Source: an uncultured virus (IMG/VR IMGVR_UViG_3300018412_000011)
Taxonomy: Duplodnaviria > Heunggongvirae > Uroviricota > Caudoviricetes
Virus record (IMG/VR): IMGVR_UViG_3300018412_000011
Length of the DNA: 64,000 nt
Reading direction: 5' to 3' (one strand)
Position numbers and translations under genes: made by a program. Below are positions 10,209 through 19,313 of the stretch, piece after piece. The stretch's first letter is position 1. Each line of letters begins with the position of its first letter. The notes under the pieces were generated by a model. The model ran no database searches. It was not told the origin of the DNA and saw only the letters and a program-made list of their open reading frames with translations.

Positions 10209-10398
10209 TTTTATTCCTTCTAGTTTGTTTATGTAACGGTACGCAAAAAACAAAGAAAGTTAATTCTATTTTCTTAAAAACTATTTTTTGACAATATTTG
10301 ATAATTTATTGTCTCATTTTGCGTCCTTCTACAAGTTTTTGTATTTTAGGATCATTAAATTCTAGTGATAACAAACAAAATATTATTTTCAAAAAAAA

Positions 10399-10445
10399 TT
10401 GATTTTTTGCTAAATTTATGTATATTTAAATTGGTTCTTTAAAAA
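10399..10445 (+). promoter_or_regulatory. Promoter (TTGATT-N16-TATATT) and boxA-like site for tmRNA
   Basis: Same 16-nt-spacer consensus as the tRNA-operon promoters; GGTTCTTTAAAAA immediately before the tmRNA. Confidence 0.65.
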
Positions 10446-10448
10446 TTT

Positions 10449-10795
10449 GGGGATGATTGGAATCGATTCATATCGAAATAGCACTTTTGCATGGAGAATT
10501 CCATAACTTCTATAAAATATGGATAAAACTAAACGACAAAAGTTTAGAAATAGCTGCTTAAACAAAGCAGTTCGGGAAATAAGTAGATTATCTTAGTATC
10601 TTAAAATACCGTAAAATAACAAGATGGATTAAGAAAGTCCTTCTTTCTTTGACTTCTAGCAAAGACTAGATGCATTCTGATAGAAGAATCAGACAGAGTT
10701 TGTTTATGTCTCTGCTAACAAATAAACTAACCTTGTGAATGATAAAGTGTGGTTTCATAGAGAAGAAGGGAGTTCGAATCTCCCCATCTCCACCA
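10449..10795 (+). ncRNA. ssrA: tmRNA
   Basis: Acceptor stem GGGGATG/CATCTCC-ACCA with G3:U70, T-arm GGGAG-TTCGAAT-CTCCC, tag frame ...LNDKSLEIAA-stop at 10529-10561. Confidence 0.95.
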
Positions 10796-10800
10796 ATTTT

Positions 10801-10829
10801 AAAAGCGTAGCATTTGCTACGCTTTTTTT
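10801..10829. terminator. Bidirectional intrinsic terminator
   Basis: AAAAGCGTAGCA-TT-TGCTACGCTTTTTT between the convergent tmRNA and sigma genes. Confidence 0.85.
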
Positions 10830-10866
10830 ATTTAACTTGTTTATAATTAGAAAGACTCTGAAAATA

Positions 10867-11610
10867 TCATTCTGTCTTCCCATTAAAATAAAATTCTGTT
10901 GGGATGGTTCTTTTTAAATTATATTTTGTCTCATCACTTACAATTTTATTTCTAATCTTATTTAGAGCTTCTTGATTTATTTGACTTACTCTTACTTTAG
11001 AAACTTTATAATGTTTTCCAATAACATCTAATGTTTTTCTTTCTTCTCCAATCCCATAATACATCCTCAACACACCTTGTTCTCGTTTATCTAAAATTTT
11101 AATTAAATCTTTTAAATTTTCAATATCATTATTATAAGCCAAAACGTCAAAGGGGTTTTTCTCTTTCCCCACCAAACAATCAATCTCTTCTTCTCTACTA
11201 TTCTCATCAGAATTATTTATTGGCATATTGAGGGAATAAATTGTTAAATTATGATTTTTTGACTTATCTCTTACAGTTGCTTTATGTTGATTTAAATAAT
11301 CAATAATTCCATTTTTTATTGCCGTTGACAAATAACTTCGTAGCGTGGGCATCCGAGAAGGATTTAATTTCTTAACCGCTCTTGTTAAAGCTTGCATTCC
11401 TTCTGAAATCATATCTTCATAATCATCCGGATAAAAAGCATATTTCGAAACAATTTTAATAACTAATCTTATATTAGATAGAATCATTCTCTCTATTGCC
11501 TCGTCATCTCCCTTGGCGCATTTTGCTACTATTTCAGGTAATTCTTCTTTGGAAATAAAATCCTTTTGATTTTCTTCTTTAAATAATGGATGGTCTTTTA
11601 CAAATGCCAT
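10867..11610 (-). CDS. Sigma-70 family RNA polymerase sigma factor
   Basis: Region 2 SNIRLVIKIV...DMISEGMQAL; region 4 KTLDVIGKHYKVSKVRVSQI. Confidence 0.9.
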   Translation of the reverse strand: MAFVKDHPLFKEENQKDFISKEELPEIVAKCAKGDDEAIERMILSNIRLVIKIVSKYAFYPDDYEDMISEGMQALTRAVKKLNPSRMPTLRSYLSTAIKNGIIDYLNQHKATVRDKSKNHNLTIYSLNMPINNSDENSREEEIDCLVGKEKNPFDVLAYNNDIENLKDLIKILDKREQGVLRMYYGIGEERKTLDVIGKHYKVSKVRVSQINQEALNKIRNKIVSDETKYNLKRTIPTEFYFNGKTE

Positions 11611-11749
11611 ATATGCTCCGTTTAATTGTTGTTATTAATATAGATAAGAATAATAAAAAAACAAGAAAAGATTCGAAAAAATTGGAAACTTCATTTAAAA
11701 AATTCCAATTTTTTCGAATCTTGCAACTTTTTCGAATCTTACAACTTTT

Positions 11750-12259
11750 TCAAATATCGTCGCCTTCTTCTGTATCTAATCCAGGTCTTAAATCTAAATT
11801 AAATTCAACATCTTGTTGCAACAAATTAGGAATAAGAGCAGGATCTTTTCGATTCCAATTAATTCCAATTGCATCAAACAAAACATTAAACCCTATGCAA
11901 TCGGGAGAATTCTTTTTATCGGGATCAGGAGTAATTTCCAAAAGTTTTTCAGTTAAAACAATTAATCTGACACTTTCGCTCCAAAAATTCCAATCGCTTG
12001 CATATAATTCAATAATATATCTAGTTGGGATTTGGTGTTTTTGGAATGCAGCTTTTTCAACTCCTTTGATATTTCTTAGTTTAGCCCATGTGGGATCTTT
12101 TTCTACTGATTTGTCAGTTCTTTCAGAATTATTCACTCCATAAACTGCAATTTGCTCTGGACGAATTGCCCAAAATAAATCAGGATATTTCTCTACTAAC
12201 ATTTTAATTTTATTATTTGCTTCTTCAATTACTTCGTATGTTCTCGGTGTTCGTGCCAT
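11750..12259 (-). CDS. Hypothetical protein, possibly of phage metallopeptidase-like fold (no HExxH)
   Basis: Likely start MARTPRTY after AGGAG; YIIEL...W...LIVL pattern. Confidence 0.45.
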   Translation of the reverse strand: MARTPRTYEVIEEANNKIKMLVEKYPDLFWAIRPEQIAVYGVNNSERTDKSVEKDPTWAKLRNIKGVEKAAFQKHQIPTRYIIELYASDWNFWSESVRLIVLTEKLLEITPDPDKKNSPDCIGFNVLFDAIGINWNRKDPALIPNLLQQDVEFNLDLRPGLDTEEGDDI

Positions 12260-12626
12260 GTATTTCTCCTTTTGTTTTATATTGAGTTTTAACAAGTCTT
12301 TGAACTTGTAAATACGCATTACAAGCTTTTTGGCTTGTTATTTATTACTTTCTTCATTTTTTGTTCTAGAATAAGATACAAACTGTTTAACTTGTTGTTA
12401 AATAATTTTCTTCGTTCTTCGCGACAAACAACAACTCTTTCACAATACTTAATGTCTTTTACCAAATTAAACTTATTGTGTTTTAAAAGGCATTTTTCCG
12501 CCACAACCATATTCCCTCTCTTTGCCATATATAGAGTTACCAATATTCCTAACAGTACATCCAAAATTATTTAATTTCTTTCAACTATCTAATAACTTTG
12601 CCTATTTTGCACTATAATAACTCAAG

Positions 12627-13352
12627 TCAAACTTCAAAAATTGAAATTTTTCCATTTTCTAGTATGGCATAATGATTATTGCAAGTGTCAATACAATAGT
12701 TGCCATTTATTCTAACTCTATCTGCACTCGTATGACCCACAACTTGAGGTAAACCTTCAATGTATTCACAATTGTCCCAATCAAGCCATAATAAATGACC
12801 CAAAGGTTTCGATCCCCCTCTTTTTTCTCCTATGTCATAAAATTCAGATTTATAAAGAGCCATATGTGGCTTTAATTCATCCCATTTTTGGCTAATTTCA
12901 ACAAGTTGATCTTCAATAGAGACAAAAGGCTTTAATTTGTTTGGGTGAAGACCAGCATGAGAAAACAAAACACCTTCTTGAAAATGAAACAACTTTGTGT
13001 TGAAAAAAAAGTCTTTCATTTCCATCTTTTTAATTTGTTTGGCTCTGTTTCTAGAATAACCAGTGCAAGAATAGATTTTGGATTCTGATCTTCTACCCCA
13101 GTTACAAGAATGTTGTATTTCTTCAAAATAGGGAACATCATGATTCCCAATCAACCATATAGCCTTATCTCCTAATTGACTCTTCTTTGCCTTCAACCAA
13201 ATACATAATTCATTAGTCCCAACAGCATCAGGGTCTTTATAGAAATCAAAATAATCTCCTAAAAACACAACCTTGTCAAACGTTTCTTTATCAAGAATCG
13301 CTTGTGCTTTATGGATTCGATGATGAATATCTGATATTATTAAAGTTCTCAT
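12627..13352 (-). CDS. Calcineurin-like metallophosphoesterase
   Basis: DIH, GDYFD, GNHD, HAG and GHT motifs. Confidence 0.9.
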   Translation of the reverse strand: MRTLIISDIHHRIHKAQAILDKETFDKVVFLGDYFDFYKDPDAVGTNELCIWLKAKKSQLGDKAIWLIGNHDVPYFEEIQHSCNWGRRSESKIYSCTGYSRNRAKQIKKMEMKDFFFNTKLFHFQEGVLFSHAGLHPNKLKPFVSIEDQLVEISQKWDELKPHMALYKSEFYDIGEKRGGSKPLGHLLWLDWDNCEYIEGLPQVVGHTSADRVRINGNYCIDTCNNHYAILENGKISIFEV

Positions 13353-13935
13353 GTCTTTCTAAAACTTTATTTAAAGCATCTCTAACGCTTTCAAAAGAAG
13401 ATGTAGACCCATCATAATGAATTGCATTAGGATGGCTATAATCCTTGTTTCCTTCGTTTTTAGGCAATATTCCTAACCCTCTAGGTCTATATTCTAGCCA
13501 TTTTTCCATAAAAGGTTGATAATCGTCAAATAAAACTGCTCCATAAAATAAACTTTTGTCAGTCACAATATTCATTTTAACAGGAATGTCAAGATTTTTT
13601 TTGATATTTTCTGTTTTTTCCATCCAAGAAAAAGACTTAGAAAATGGAGCTTGAGTGCAAATATGAATTTCAAATTCCATTTCATGCATTAACCTTACAA
13701 CGTCAATATTTTCCTCTAAGGGTTTTAAATTCACCCACCAACCATATTGGCTTGTAATCATATGCCTACGTCTTTCAAAAAGAAAGTTTTCGGAACACAT
13801 TTTCCATATATTGCCCTTGTATGAATCAATAAGATCCCTTTCTTCTTTTTTGGAGATTCGCTTTAAATCACGCAAAAAAGCCCCGTCATAATCGACAAGA
13901 GTTCCGTCCATATCTATTAATGCTATTTTTTTCAT
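13309..13935 (-). CDS. HAD-family 5'(3')-deoxyribonucleotidase-like protein
   Basis: DMDGTLVD, EK and LFDD motifs. Confidence 0.85.
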   Translation of the reverse strand: MKKIALIDMDGTLVDYDGAFLRDLKRISKKEERDLIDSYKGNIWKMCSENFLFERRRHMITSQYGWWVNLKPLEENIDVVRLMHEMEFEIHICTQAPFSKSFSWMEKTENIKKNLDIPVKMNIVTDKSLFYGAVLFDDYQPFMEKWLEYRPRGLGILPKNEGNKDYSHPNAIHYDGSTSSFESVRDALNKVLERHENFNNIRYSSSNP

Positions 13936-13944
13936 TTTTTAAAT

Positions 13945-14020
13945 TGGTGCTTGTGGTGGGATTCGAACCCACACTCTCAGAAGGTTAGAATTTCTGGCTC
14001 TACCATTGAGCTATACAAGC
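13945..14020 (-). tRNA. tRNA with CUA anticodon (amber suppressor candidate)
   Basis: 76-nt cloverleaf GCTTGTATAGCTCAATGGTAGAGC-CAGAAA-TTCTAAC-CTTCTG...GTGGGTTCGAATCCCAC...ACCA. The stem pairs only with CTA at 34-36; there are A:C mismatches at 7:66 and 31:39. Confidence 0.75.
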
Positions 14021-14025
14021 ATTTG

Positions 14026-14544
14026 TTATAAATATTTTTTGTCTACAAAATCAGTTAACCATACTCCATTTTCTGACAAATAAAAATCAATATTATCAAG
14101 CATCATAGGCGTTGTATTAATTTCTACAATCCAAGGCTTTTCATTCCCCCTGCAATGTCGCTTGCCAACTTTAATCGCAGTTTCTTTATCGGCGCTTAAA
14201 TGTACATGTTGTCGATTCATCTTTAAAAGACCTTTTTTAAGAATTTGATCTTTAATTCTAGGGGTTGTTCCATGATAAAGAGTCTTTGGGGGAACTGTTT
14301 TTTTAAGTTGAACATTTACTTGAATTGAATGTCCTTGATTCGCCCTTATTTTTGTTTTCTCCTCGTTGAAAGAAAAACGTTTTTTGTTGTTGGTTGCGAC
14401 AATATTTTCCAATTGGACAAAGCTCACTCCAACTTTTTTCAAAACTTCATCGACAAAACACCATCCATTTTTATCCATATTTAAATCTTCTGGATTATGT
14501 CTTAAGAGATATGAGAGCTTTTTGCTTACTTTTATATTGTTCAT
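14026..14544 (-). CDS. kptA: RNA 2'-phosphotransferase (Tpt1/KptA)
   Basis: LSYLLRH, KKRF, IRANQGHS, LYHGT and RQHVHLS motifs. Confidence 0.95.
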   Translation of the reverse strand: MNNIKVSKKLSYLLRHNPEDLNMDKNGWCFVDEVLKKVGVSFVQLENIVATNNKKRFSFNEEKTKIRANQGHSIQVNVQLKKTVPPKTLYHGTTPRIKDQILKKGLLKMNRQHVHLSADKETAIKVGKRHCRGNEKPWIVEINTTPMMLDNIDFYLSENGVWLTDFVDKKYL

Positions 14545-14966
14545 AATTTGTAATTTTTTATTAAATTTCTTTTTTCTTCTTCTAATTGTTGAAGTTTTTC
14601 GCGAGCCAAATCTTTGTCGAGCTTAAGCTTGAGGGAAGGAATTACCTCTATAATTGCTTTTTCAGTAAATCTTGAAACTACATTCGGAGTTGGGTCTTTG
14701 AACATAAAAACATAAAACCATCCATCTCCATATTCAATTCTAACCGAATCTCCGTTTTCAATTCTATCAAGACAATCAGAATAAATAGCATAATTTTCTC
14801 CTCCTAGCAACTTGTGTGTTCCATACCTAATGTAAGCACCTGCCTCTTCTACGGAAGAAAACAAATCCAAGTCTATATCTTCTAAAATATAATTTACATT
14901 TAATAGGATTCCATTGGGGAGTTCTATATCCGGTTGGGGAGATTTTTGTTTCTTTTCTACTTTCAT
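14541..14966 (-). CDS. Hypothetical protein
   Basis: 141-aa ORF overlapping the kptA start. Confidence 0.55.
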   Translation of the reverse strand: MKVEKKQKSPQPDIELPNGILLNVNYILEDIDLDLFSSVEEAGAYIRYGTHKLLGGENYAIYSDCLDRIENGDSVRIEYGDGWFYVFMFKDPTPNVVSRFTEKAIIEVIPSLKLKLDKDLAREKLQQLEEEKRNLIKNYKL

Positions 14967-14987
14967 AATTTATTTATTACGAAATAC

Positions 14988-15030
14988 AGGGAACTAAGTC
15001 AAGCGAAAACTCAACTTAGTTCCCCTTTTT
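14988..15030. terminator. Stem-loop downstream of the Pth2-like gene
   Basis: GGGAACTAAGT...ACTTAGTTCCC; the T-run is on the plus strand. Confidence 0.55.
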
Positions 15031-15031
15031 C

Positions 15032-15352
15032 TTACAACAATTTCAGATGTTTAAACAAATCTCCATGTCCTAAACATGAAATTGCTGTCACTTCATTGTT
15101 TTTGTCGGGTTCTCGAAAGAAAGAACTCTCACAGTTATTTTTTATAAGATAATTATAAAAAATGAAAAGTTCTTTTTCCGATTTGACTTTGAGATAGACC
15201 AATGTTCCATTTGTCCACTCTATATCAGGATGGTCAATTAAATGTTGAGCAACACAATGACCTGCCTGAACTGCTTGTTGAGATTTCGAAAGATCTCCCC
15301 TTACAAGAATGTAAAGTTTGGCATCCTATGTATTTTCGTCTTTATTATTCAC
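15032..15352 (-). CDS. Peptidyl-tRNA hydrolase 2 (Pth2)-like protein with an in-frame amber codon at codon 9
   Basis: GGAGG-N9-GTG start. Manual translation: MNNKDENT*DAKLYILVRGDLSKSQQAVQAGHCVAQ...WTNGTLVYLKV...FREPDKNNEVTAISC...LKLL. TAG at 15326-15328. Absent from the ORF track. Confidence 0.8.
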
Positions 15353-15740
15353 TTATTGCTTCCTCCACAGAGTTTTCCACAATTTTTGAATAATATTCGA
15401 CATATTCTTTCGTCTTCTTTTGAAGAGCTAGATAAATATAGTCGCTTTCTTGCATCTTCCTTGCTTTAGGTTCTATGACCTCAAGAGGAATTCCTCTTAA
15501 CTCCGCATATGCTCTAAGCAAGGCTCGTGTTGTTATTCTTTGATTACTTAGTTTCCCTTGTTCTCTCCAAGCGGCACCAGAACCCTTTCCCTTTTGCTTT
15601 TCTTTAATCGCGCCTTTGAGAATACGATTATAATTAGCATTCTTTTTAATTTCTTCTTTTAAACCTTTTAACTCATTTTTTTTCATTTTATTCTCCTTTT
15701 GTTTAATGTTATTTAAACCTTTTAACTCATTTTTTTTCAT
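15345..15740 (-). CDS. Basic helical hypothetical protein, upstream partner of the Pth2-like gene
   Basis: AGGAG RBS plus ATG, present twice (15740 and 15686) because of a 54-bp duplication. Confidence 0.7.
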   Translation of the reverse strand: MKKNELKGLNNIKQKENKMKKNELKGLKEEIKKNANYNRILKGAIKEKQKGKGSGAAWREQGKLSNQRITTRALLRAYAELRGIPLEVIEPKARKMQESDYIYLALQKKTKEYVEYYSKIVENSVEEAISE

Positions 15741-15765
15741 TTTATTCTCCTTTTGTTTAATGTTA
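15658..15765. repeat. 54-bp tandem duplication covering an RBS and start codon
   Basis: AAACCTTTTAACTCATTTTTTTTCATTTTATTCTCCTTTTGTTTAATGTTA recurs at 15661 and 15715. Confidence 0.9.
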
Positions 15766-15803
15766 ATTGAGTTATACAATTCACTACGTTTGAGAATAAA
15801 ACG

Positions 15804-15839
15804 TTAAGGTGGTTTGAAGATTTTGTGTGTCTAGGTCAT
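15804..15839 (-). CDS. Putative leader peptide M-T-amber-T-H-K-I-F-K-P-P
   Basis: ATG ACC TAG ACA CAC AAA ATC TTC AAA CCA CCT TAA, first ATG after a consensus promoter. Confidence 0.55.
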
Positions 15840-15876
15840 GATATTTATTTTCTTTATATTTTCTTGATGTTATGGC

Positions 15877-15904
15877 ATTATACCTTCATTCAACTTAAAG
15901 TCAA
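15877..15904 (-). promoter_or_regulatory. Sigma-70-type promoter of the leader/Pth2 operon
   Basis: TTGACT-N16-TATAAT. Confidence 0.75.
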
Positions 15905-15912
15905 CAAAAAAA

Positions 15913-16155
15913 TCATTTTCTTTGTCCTTCTAAAAAAGCTTGCTTGGTTTTTTCTTTCATTTTAATCAAATCATCAATTTCAAGATTCCAGTTCGCAGCA
16001 TATGCTTCAATTGCCCCAATCAAATCGCACAATTCACAAATCTGTAAAATTTGATCATCTTGTTCCCAAGCATCTTCTAGTTCCAAAAATTCTTCTTTTA
16101 TTTTAGAAAATTCTCCTAAAACTCCTTTTTCTATTGTGTTTTTATGATAACCCAT
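15913..16155 (-). CDS. Small acidic helical protein, MazG/NTP-pyrophosphatase-like
   Basis: KIKEEFLELEDA...ELCDLIGA (EExxE...ExxD); in frame directly after the TAG of the upstream gene. Confidence 0.55.
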   Translation of the reverse strand: MGYHKNTIEKGVLGEFSKIKEEFLELEDAWEQDDQILQICELCDLIGAIEAYAANWNLEIDDLIKMKEKTKQAFLEGQRK

Positions 16156-16812
16156 CTATCTTCGCTCCCAAGCATTTATTGCACTAGAAAATCTAGGTTC
16201 CGCCAAACCTGTGCCAAAAATCCAGAAAAAACCCTCATATTCCCTGAATCCGTAAGAGCCAAGTTCCAATATATCTGAACCGATATCTACACTTAAATCA
16301 ATAACAGCATTATTAACCAAGTCTCTATAAGAATGTCGATTCAAAAAACTAAAAAGATCTTCGAGACTTTTAAATTGTTCTGTAGATTTTCCCCTTTTTT
16401 CATTTTTCATTTCAATAAAAAACAAGATGTCTGCATATCTTGAGAAAAAATTCCAAGCTGAATGAAGCATCCATAATAAATCCTCTTTGCTTTCAGACTG
16501 GTTATGAATTAATTCATTTTTAAGAAAATACTTGGCGTGGTCTTTATTAAAAGAATCTTGAAACCTAAAACATGGAGTAACAGTTTGGAATCTCCCTTTA
16601 GGCAAAAACCCCTTTACCATTAAATATAAAAAAGATTGTTCTCCTGATGCTACTAAAGTTTTTTTAGTTCCCTCTATTAAAGGAGAGGGGACTGGATGAG
16701 GATTAGTGATTTCAGAAACTTGAGAATTAACCGTCCAAGGAGACTCTATTCTTATGAATTCTTCTGACTCATAATGCAATATTGAATCTTGAATGTTCTG
16801 ATAATTAATCAT
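16156..16812 (-). CDS. Class II aminoacyl-tRNA synthetase-like catalytic domain (stand-alone)
   Basis: Motif 1-like FIRIESPW, motif 2-like TPCFR...HAKYF, ELGSYG and motif 3-like WIFGTGLAEPR; no anticodon-binding domain. Confidence 0.7.
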   Translation of the reverse strand: MINYQNIQDSILHYESEEFIRIESPWTVNSQVSEITNPHPVPSPLIEGTKKTLVASGEQSFLYLMVKGFLPKGRFQTVTPCFRFQDSFNKDHAKYFLKNELIHNQSESKEDLLWMLHSAWNFFSRYADILFFIEMKNEKRGKSTEQFKSLEDLFSFLNRHSYRDLVNNAVIDLSVDIGSDILELGSYGFREYEGFFWIFGTGLAEPRFSSAINAWERR

Positions 16813-16967
16813 AAACTTATTTTAACGATTTTCGTTTTTCTTTTCGTTTTTCTTTTTTTTGTTTAAGTGTTTTTTAACAATATCTCTATCATACTTTGTT
16901 CCTTCGCACTCTGGAAACAATTGAGTATCTAGCCGAGGCAATTTTTCTTTTTCTTTTTTATCTTTTT

Positions 16968-17855
16968 TCATAATACATTATATAACTTGTTATCGTATAT
17001 ATACTCCATTACTTCTTTTGTCAAGAAATTGTTTAGATTTTCAGTAGTTCCTCTTGCAAATGCATCTCTAACCAATGTGGAAGAAACTTGAGGAATATCG
17101 TTGTCGGGAGATAAAAAGATATGGGGGGCTTTTAAATACCAATTAATATTGTGATCTATTTTAATACCTTTCCTAGGAACAACCACAAAACGAATCATTC
17201 TTTCTAATAATTCATAATTAACCCATTTATCAAGTGTGTTCGCATTATCTAAACCAATAATCAAGGAAAAATCATATTCATTTTTGGCAAAATCTTCATC
17301 CAAAAGAGATTTTACAAATTTATAAGTTTCTCCACTCAAACCATTTTTGATTTCATAATCAAAAACCTTAATGCGACCATCAAATTGAGTAGCTAGTTTG
17401 CACATAGCCAAACGATGTTCGGCGCTTTCCATTTCTTTACCATACATGTGGTTTGCACATGGCATTAACCATACTTCATCAAATGTTTTACTGGAGTTCA
17501 AAACAAATTGAGCTAATTTTATGTGACCAATAGTAGGAGGATTAAATGCGCCTCCTAAAATGGCCACTTTTATTTTTCTTCCCAAGGTTTTGTATTGTAG
17601 TTTTCTTTTTTGAATTTTCTGCAAAGTGTTTAAAACAAGTTCTTCATAATTCCAATCGTTTTCATTGCAAAGTTGAATTGTAGAAGCAAGTAGATCTCCA
17701 ACTTCCTCTTTCATGTTTTTAAAATCGGTGAAACGATGAAGTTCCAAGGCTTCCCCCATAATATCATCAATTCTCTCTTTTAATGGAGTTCTTCCGAAAT
17801 TTTCTTCAAAAACCTCATTTACTTTTTCTTCAAGTTTTTTCATCGTTTTTCTCAA
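16968..17855 (-). CDS. MazG-like domain fused to nicotinate/nicotinamide mononucleotide adenylyltransferase (NadD-like)
   Basis: N-terminal GEALEL...EEVGDLL; C-terminal GGAFNPPTIGH, IIGLDN and VSSTLVR. Confidence 0.88.
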   Translation of the reverse strand: MRKTMKKLEEKVNEVFEENFGRTPLKERIDDIMGEALELHRFTDFKNMKEEVGDLLASTIQLCNENDWNYEELVLNTLQKIQKRKLQYKTLGRKIKVAILGGAFNPPTIGHIKLAQFVLNSSKTFDEVWLMPCANHMYGKEMESAEHRLAMCKLATQFDGRIKVFDYEIKNGLSGETYKFVKSLLDEDFAKNEYDFSLIIGLDNANTLDKWVNYELLERMIRFVVVPRKGIKIDHNINWYLKAPHIFLSPDNDIPQVSSTLVRDAFARGTTENLNNFLTKEVMEYIYDNKLYNVL

Positions 17856-18176
17856 TTAAAATTTTCTCGTCCTCTAAACTTCTATCTTCGGCATATATCA
17901 CGATTTCTTTTCTCACTCTGTTTCCCTTTGAGTAGAATATACATTGAAGTTCTTTCCCTGAATGGGTAATTTTGAAAGTGCTTTCTATATCTTGCTTTCC
18001 TAAACTTTCTCGAATACTTCTTATTATAGCTTCTTCAAAATATTCATCTGCAATTTCTGTATTCTCAAAATCTTCTTTGTAAAAGTAAAATTCTAATTGT
18101 TTCCCTTTCGACAAATGATAATATTCTTCATTTAACAAAGAGTATTCATTGTTTGGATTAATAGCTAAAAGAAATT

Positions 18177-18806
18177 CTACGCTTTGCATAACTCCATACC
18201 ATGTTCTTCTAAAATTTTATTTCTTATTGTCTTTTCCTCATCAGACATTTTTTTCTCTACTATTTTGTGCATATCTGTAAGCATGAGCTTTCTAGGCCAT
18301 GCTTCCCAATGTTCTGCAATAGCTACAGACTCATGTATCATAAGACTTGCAAACACGTTTGCATTTACATCTAAATCTGTAAAATCAAATAAATAATTTG
18401 CTATTTCTTTAAACAAAAATGGGAGGGAGTTAAGATCGTAATCTTTTACTTTTTTTGCCCAACCCTCATTATCATTTATTCTAAGACAATATGTTTCTTT
18501 TCCCCAAAAAATATTAAAATCATAATCAATGTTGAAAGTCAAATCCCAAACAAGAACAACGGAATTATTAAAATAACGAGAAAGAGTTCTTAAACTTGCT
18601 TTTGTCTCACATTCAAACATAACATAAGGAGGGCGTTTAACATATCCATTTTCTGTAAACTCTCCTTGGCAAGAATACATGGTTACAACTCCATCAATAG
18701 AATTCATCCACATAACTAAATCTTTTATGCCTTCGTCTACAAAAGTTCTTTGTCCCTTAATTGTTACGGGGACGATTTTATGTCCAGTGGTCTTATTTGC
18801 GCTCAT
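18177..18806 (-). CDS. Hypothetical phage protein
   Basis: VDEGIKDLV...TMYSCQG...PYVMF motif, weakly reminiscent of the Tyw3-like fold. Confidence 0.5.
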   Translation of the reverse strand: MSANKTTGHKIVPVTIKGQRTFVDEGIKDLVMWMNSIDGVVTMYSCQGEFTENGYVKRPPYVMFECETKASLRTLSRYFNNSVVLVWDLTFNIDYDFNIFWGKETYCLRINDNEGWAKKVKDYDLNSLPFLFKEIANYLFDFTDLDVNANVFASLMIHESVAIAEHWEAWPRKLMLTDMHKIVEKKMSDEEKTIRNKILEEHGMELCKA

Positions 18807-19313
18807 TAAATTTCTATATGGTTGCTAAATTCTTCTAGAACTTCAGTTGTTTTATTTTCCGCTTTAATATCTTCTTGTTTTGTTTTTAATTTTTTCTCAT
18901 ATTTGAATTCTAAAGAAGGAAAACTATTATGAATAGAAAGTTCTAATTTGTTCCCTTGGATTTCTTTCATATCTTTGATTGCATAATAAATAGGAATAGT
19001 TCTCAAAACTCCTAGGGCACTATTATGGTTCATTTTCTCCCTCATTTGAATGTCAGAAATTTTATCGCAAATCAATCTAACAACACAATCTGATTGATTG
19101 GCAACCCTAATAAAAGAAGAATTGAATTCAATTATCATACTACAATCTGCTAAACTTAGTTCAGAAAAGAACTAATTTGCTTTTGATCAAATAAAAGTTT
19201 TATTTCTCTTAAAAGTTCCATCATCAAATAATTAGGAGAAGTTGTTAAACTACTTTTTACTACTTTTTTTCTTTCATAAGATAAAGTTCGAATATGATTA
19301 GGTTTTTTCATAA

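Noticed and set aside
13945..14020. Reading this tRNA as Arg(TCT) or as tRNA-Pyl
   Set aside because: Placing TCT at 34-36 leaves the anticodon stem unpaired. The D-loop GG and T-loop TTC are retained, unlike tRNA-Pyl.
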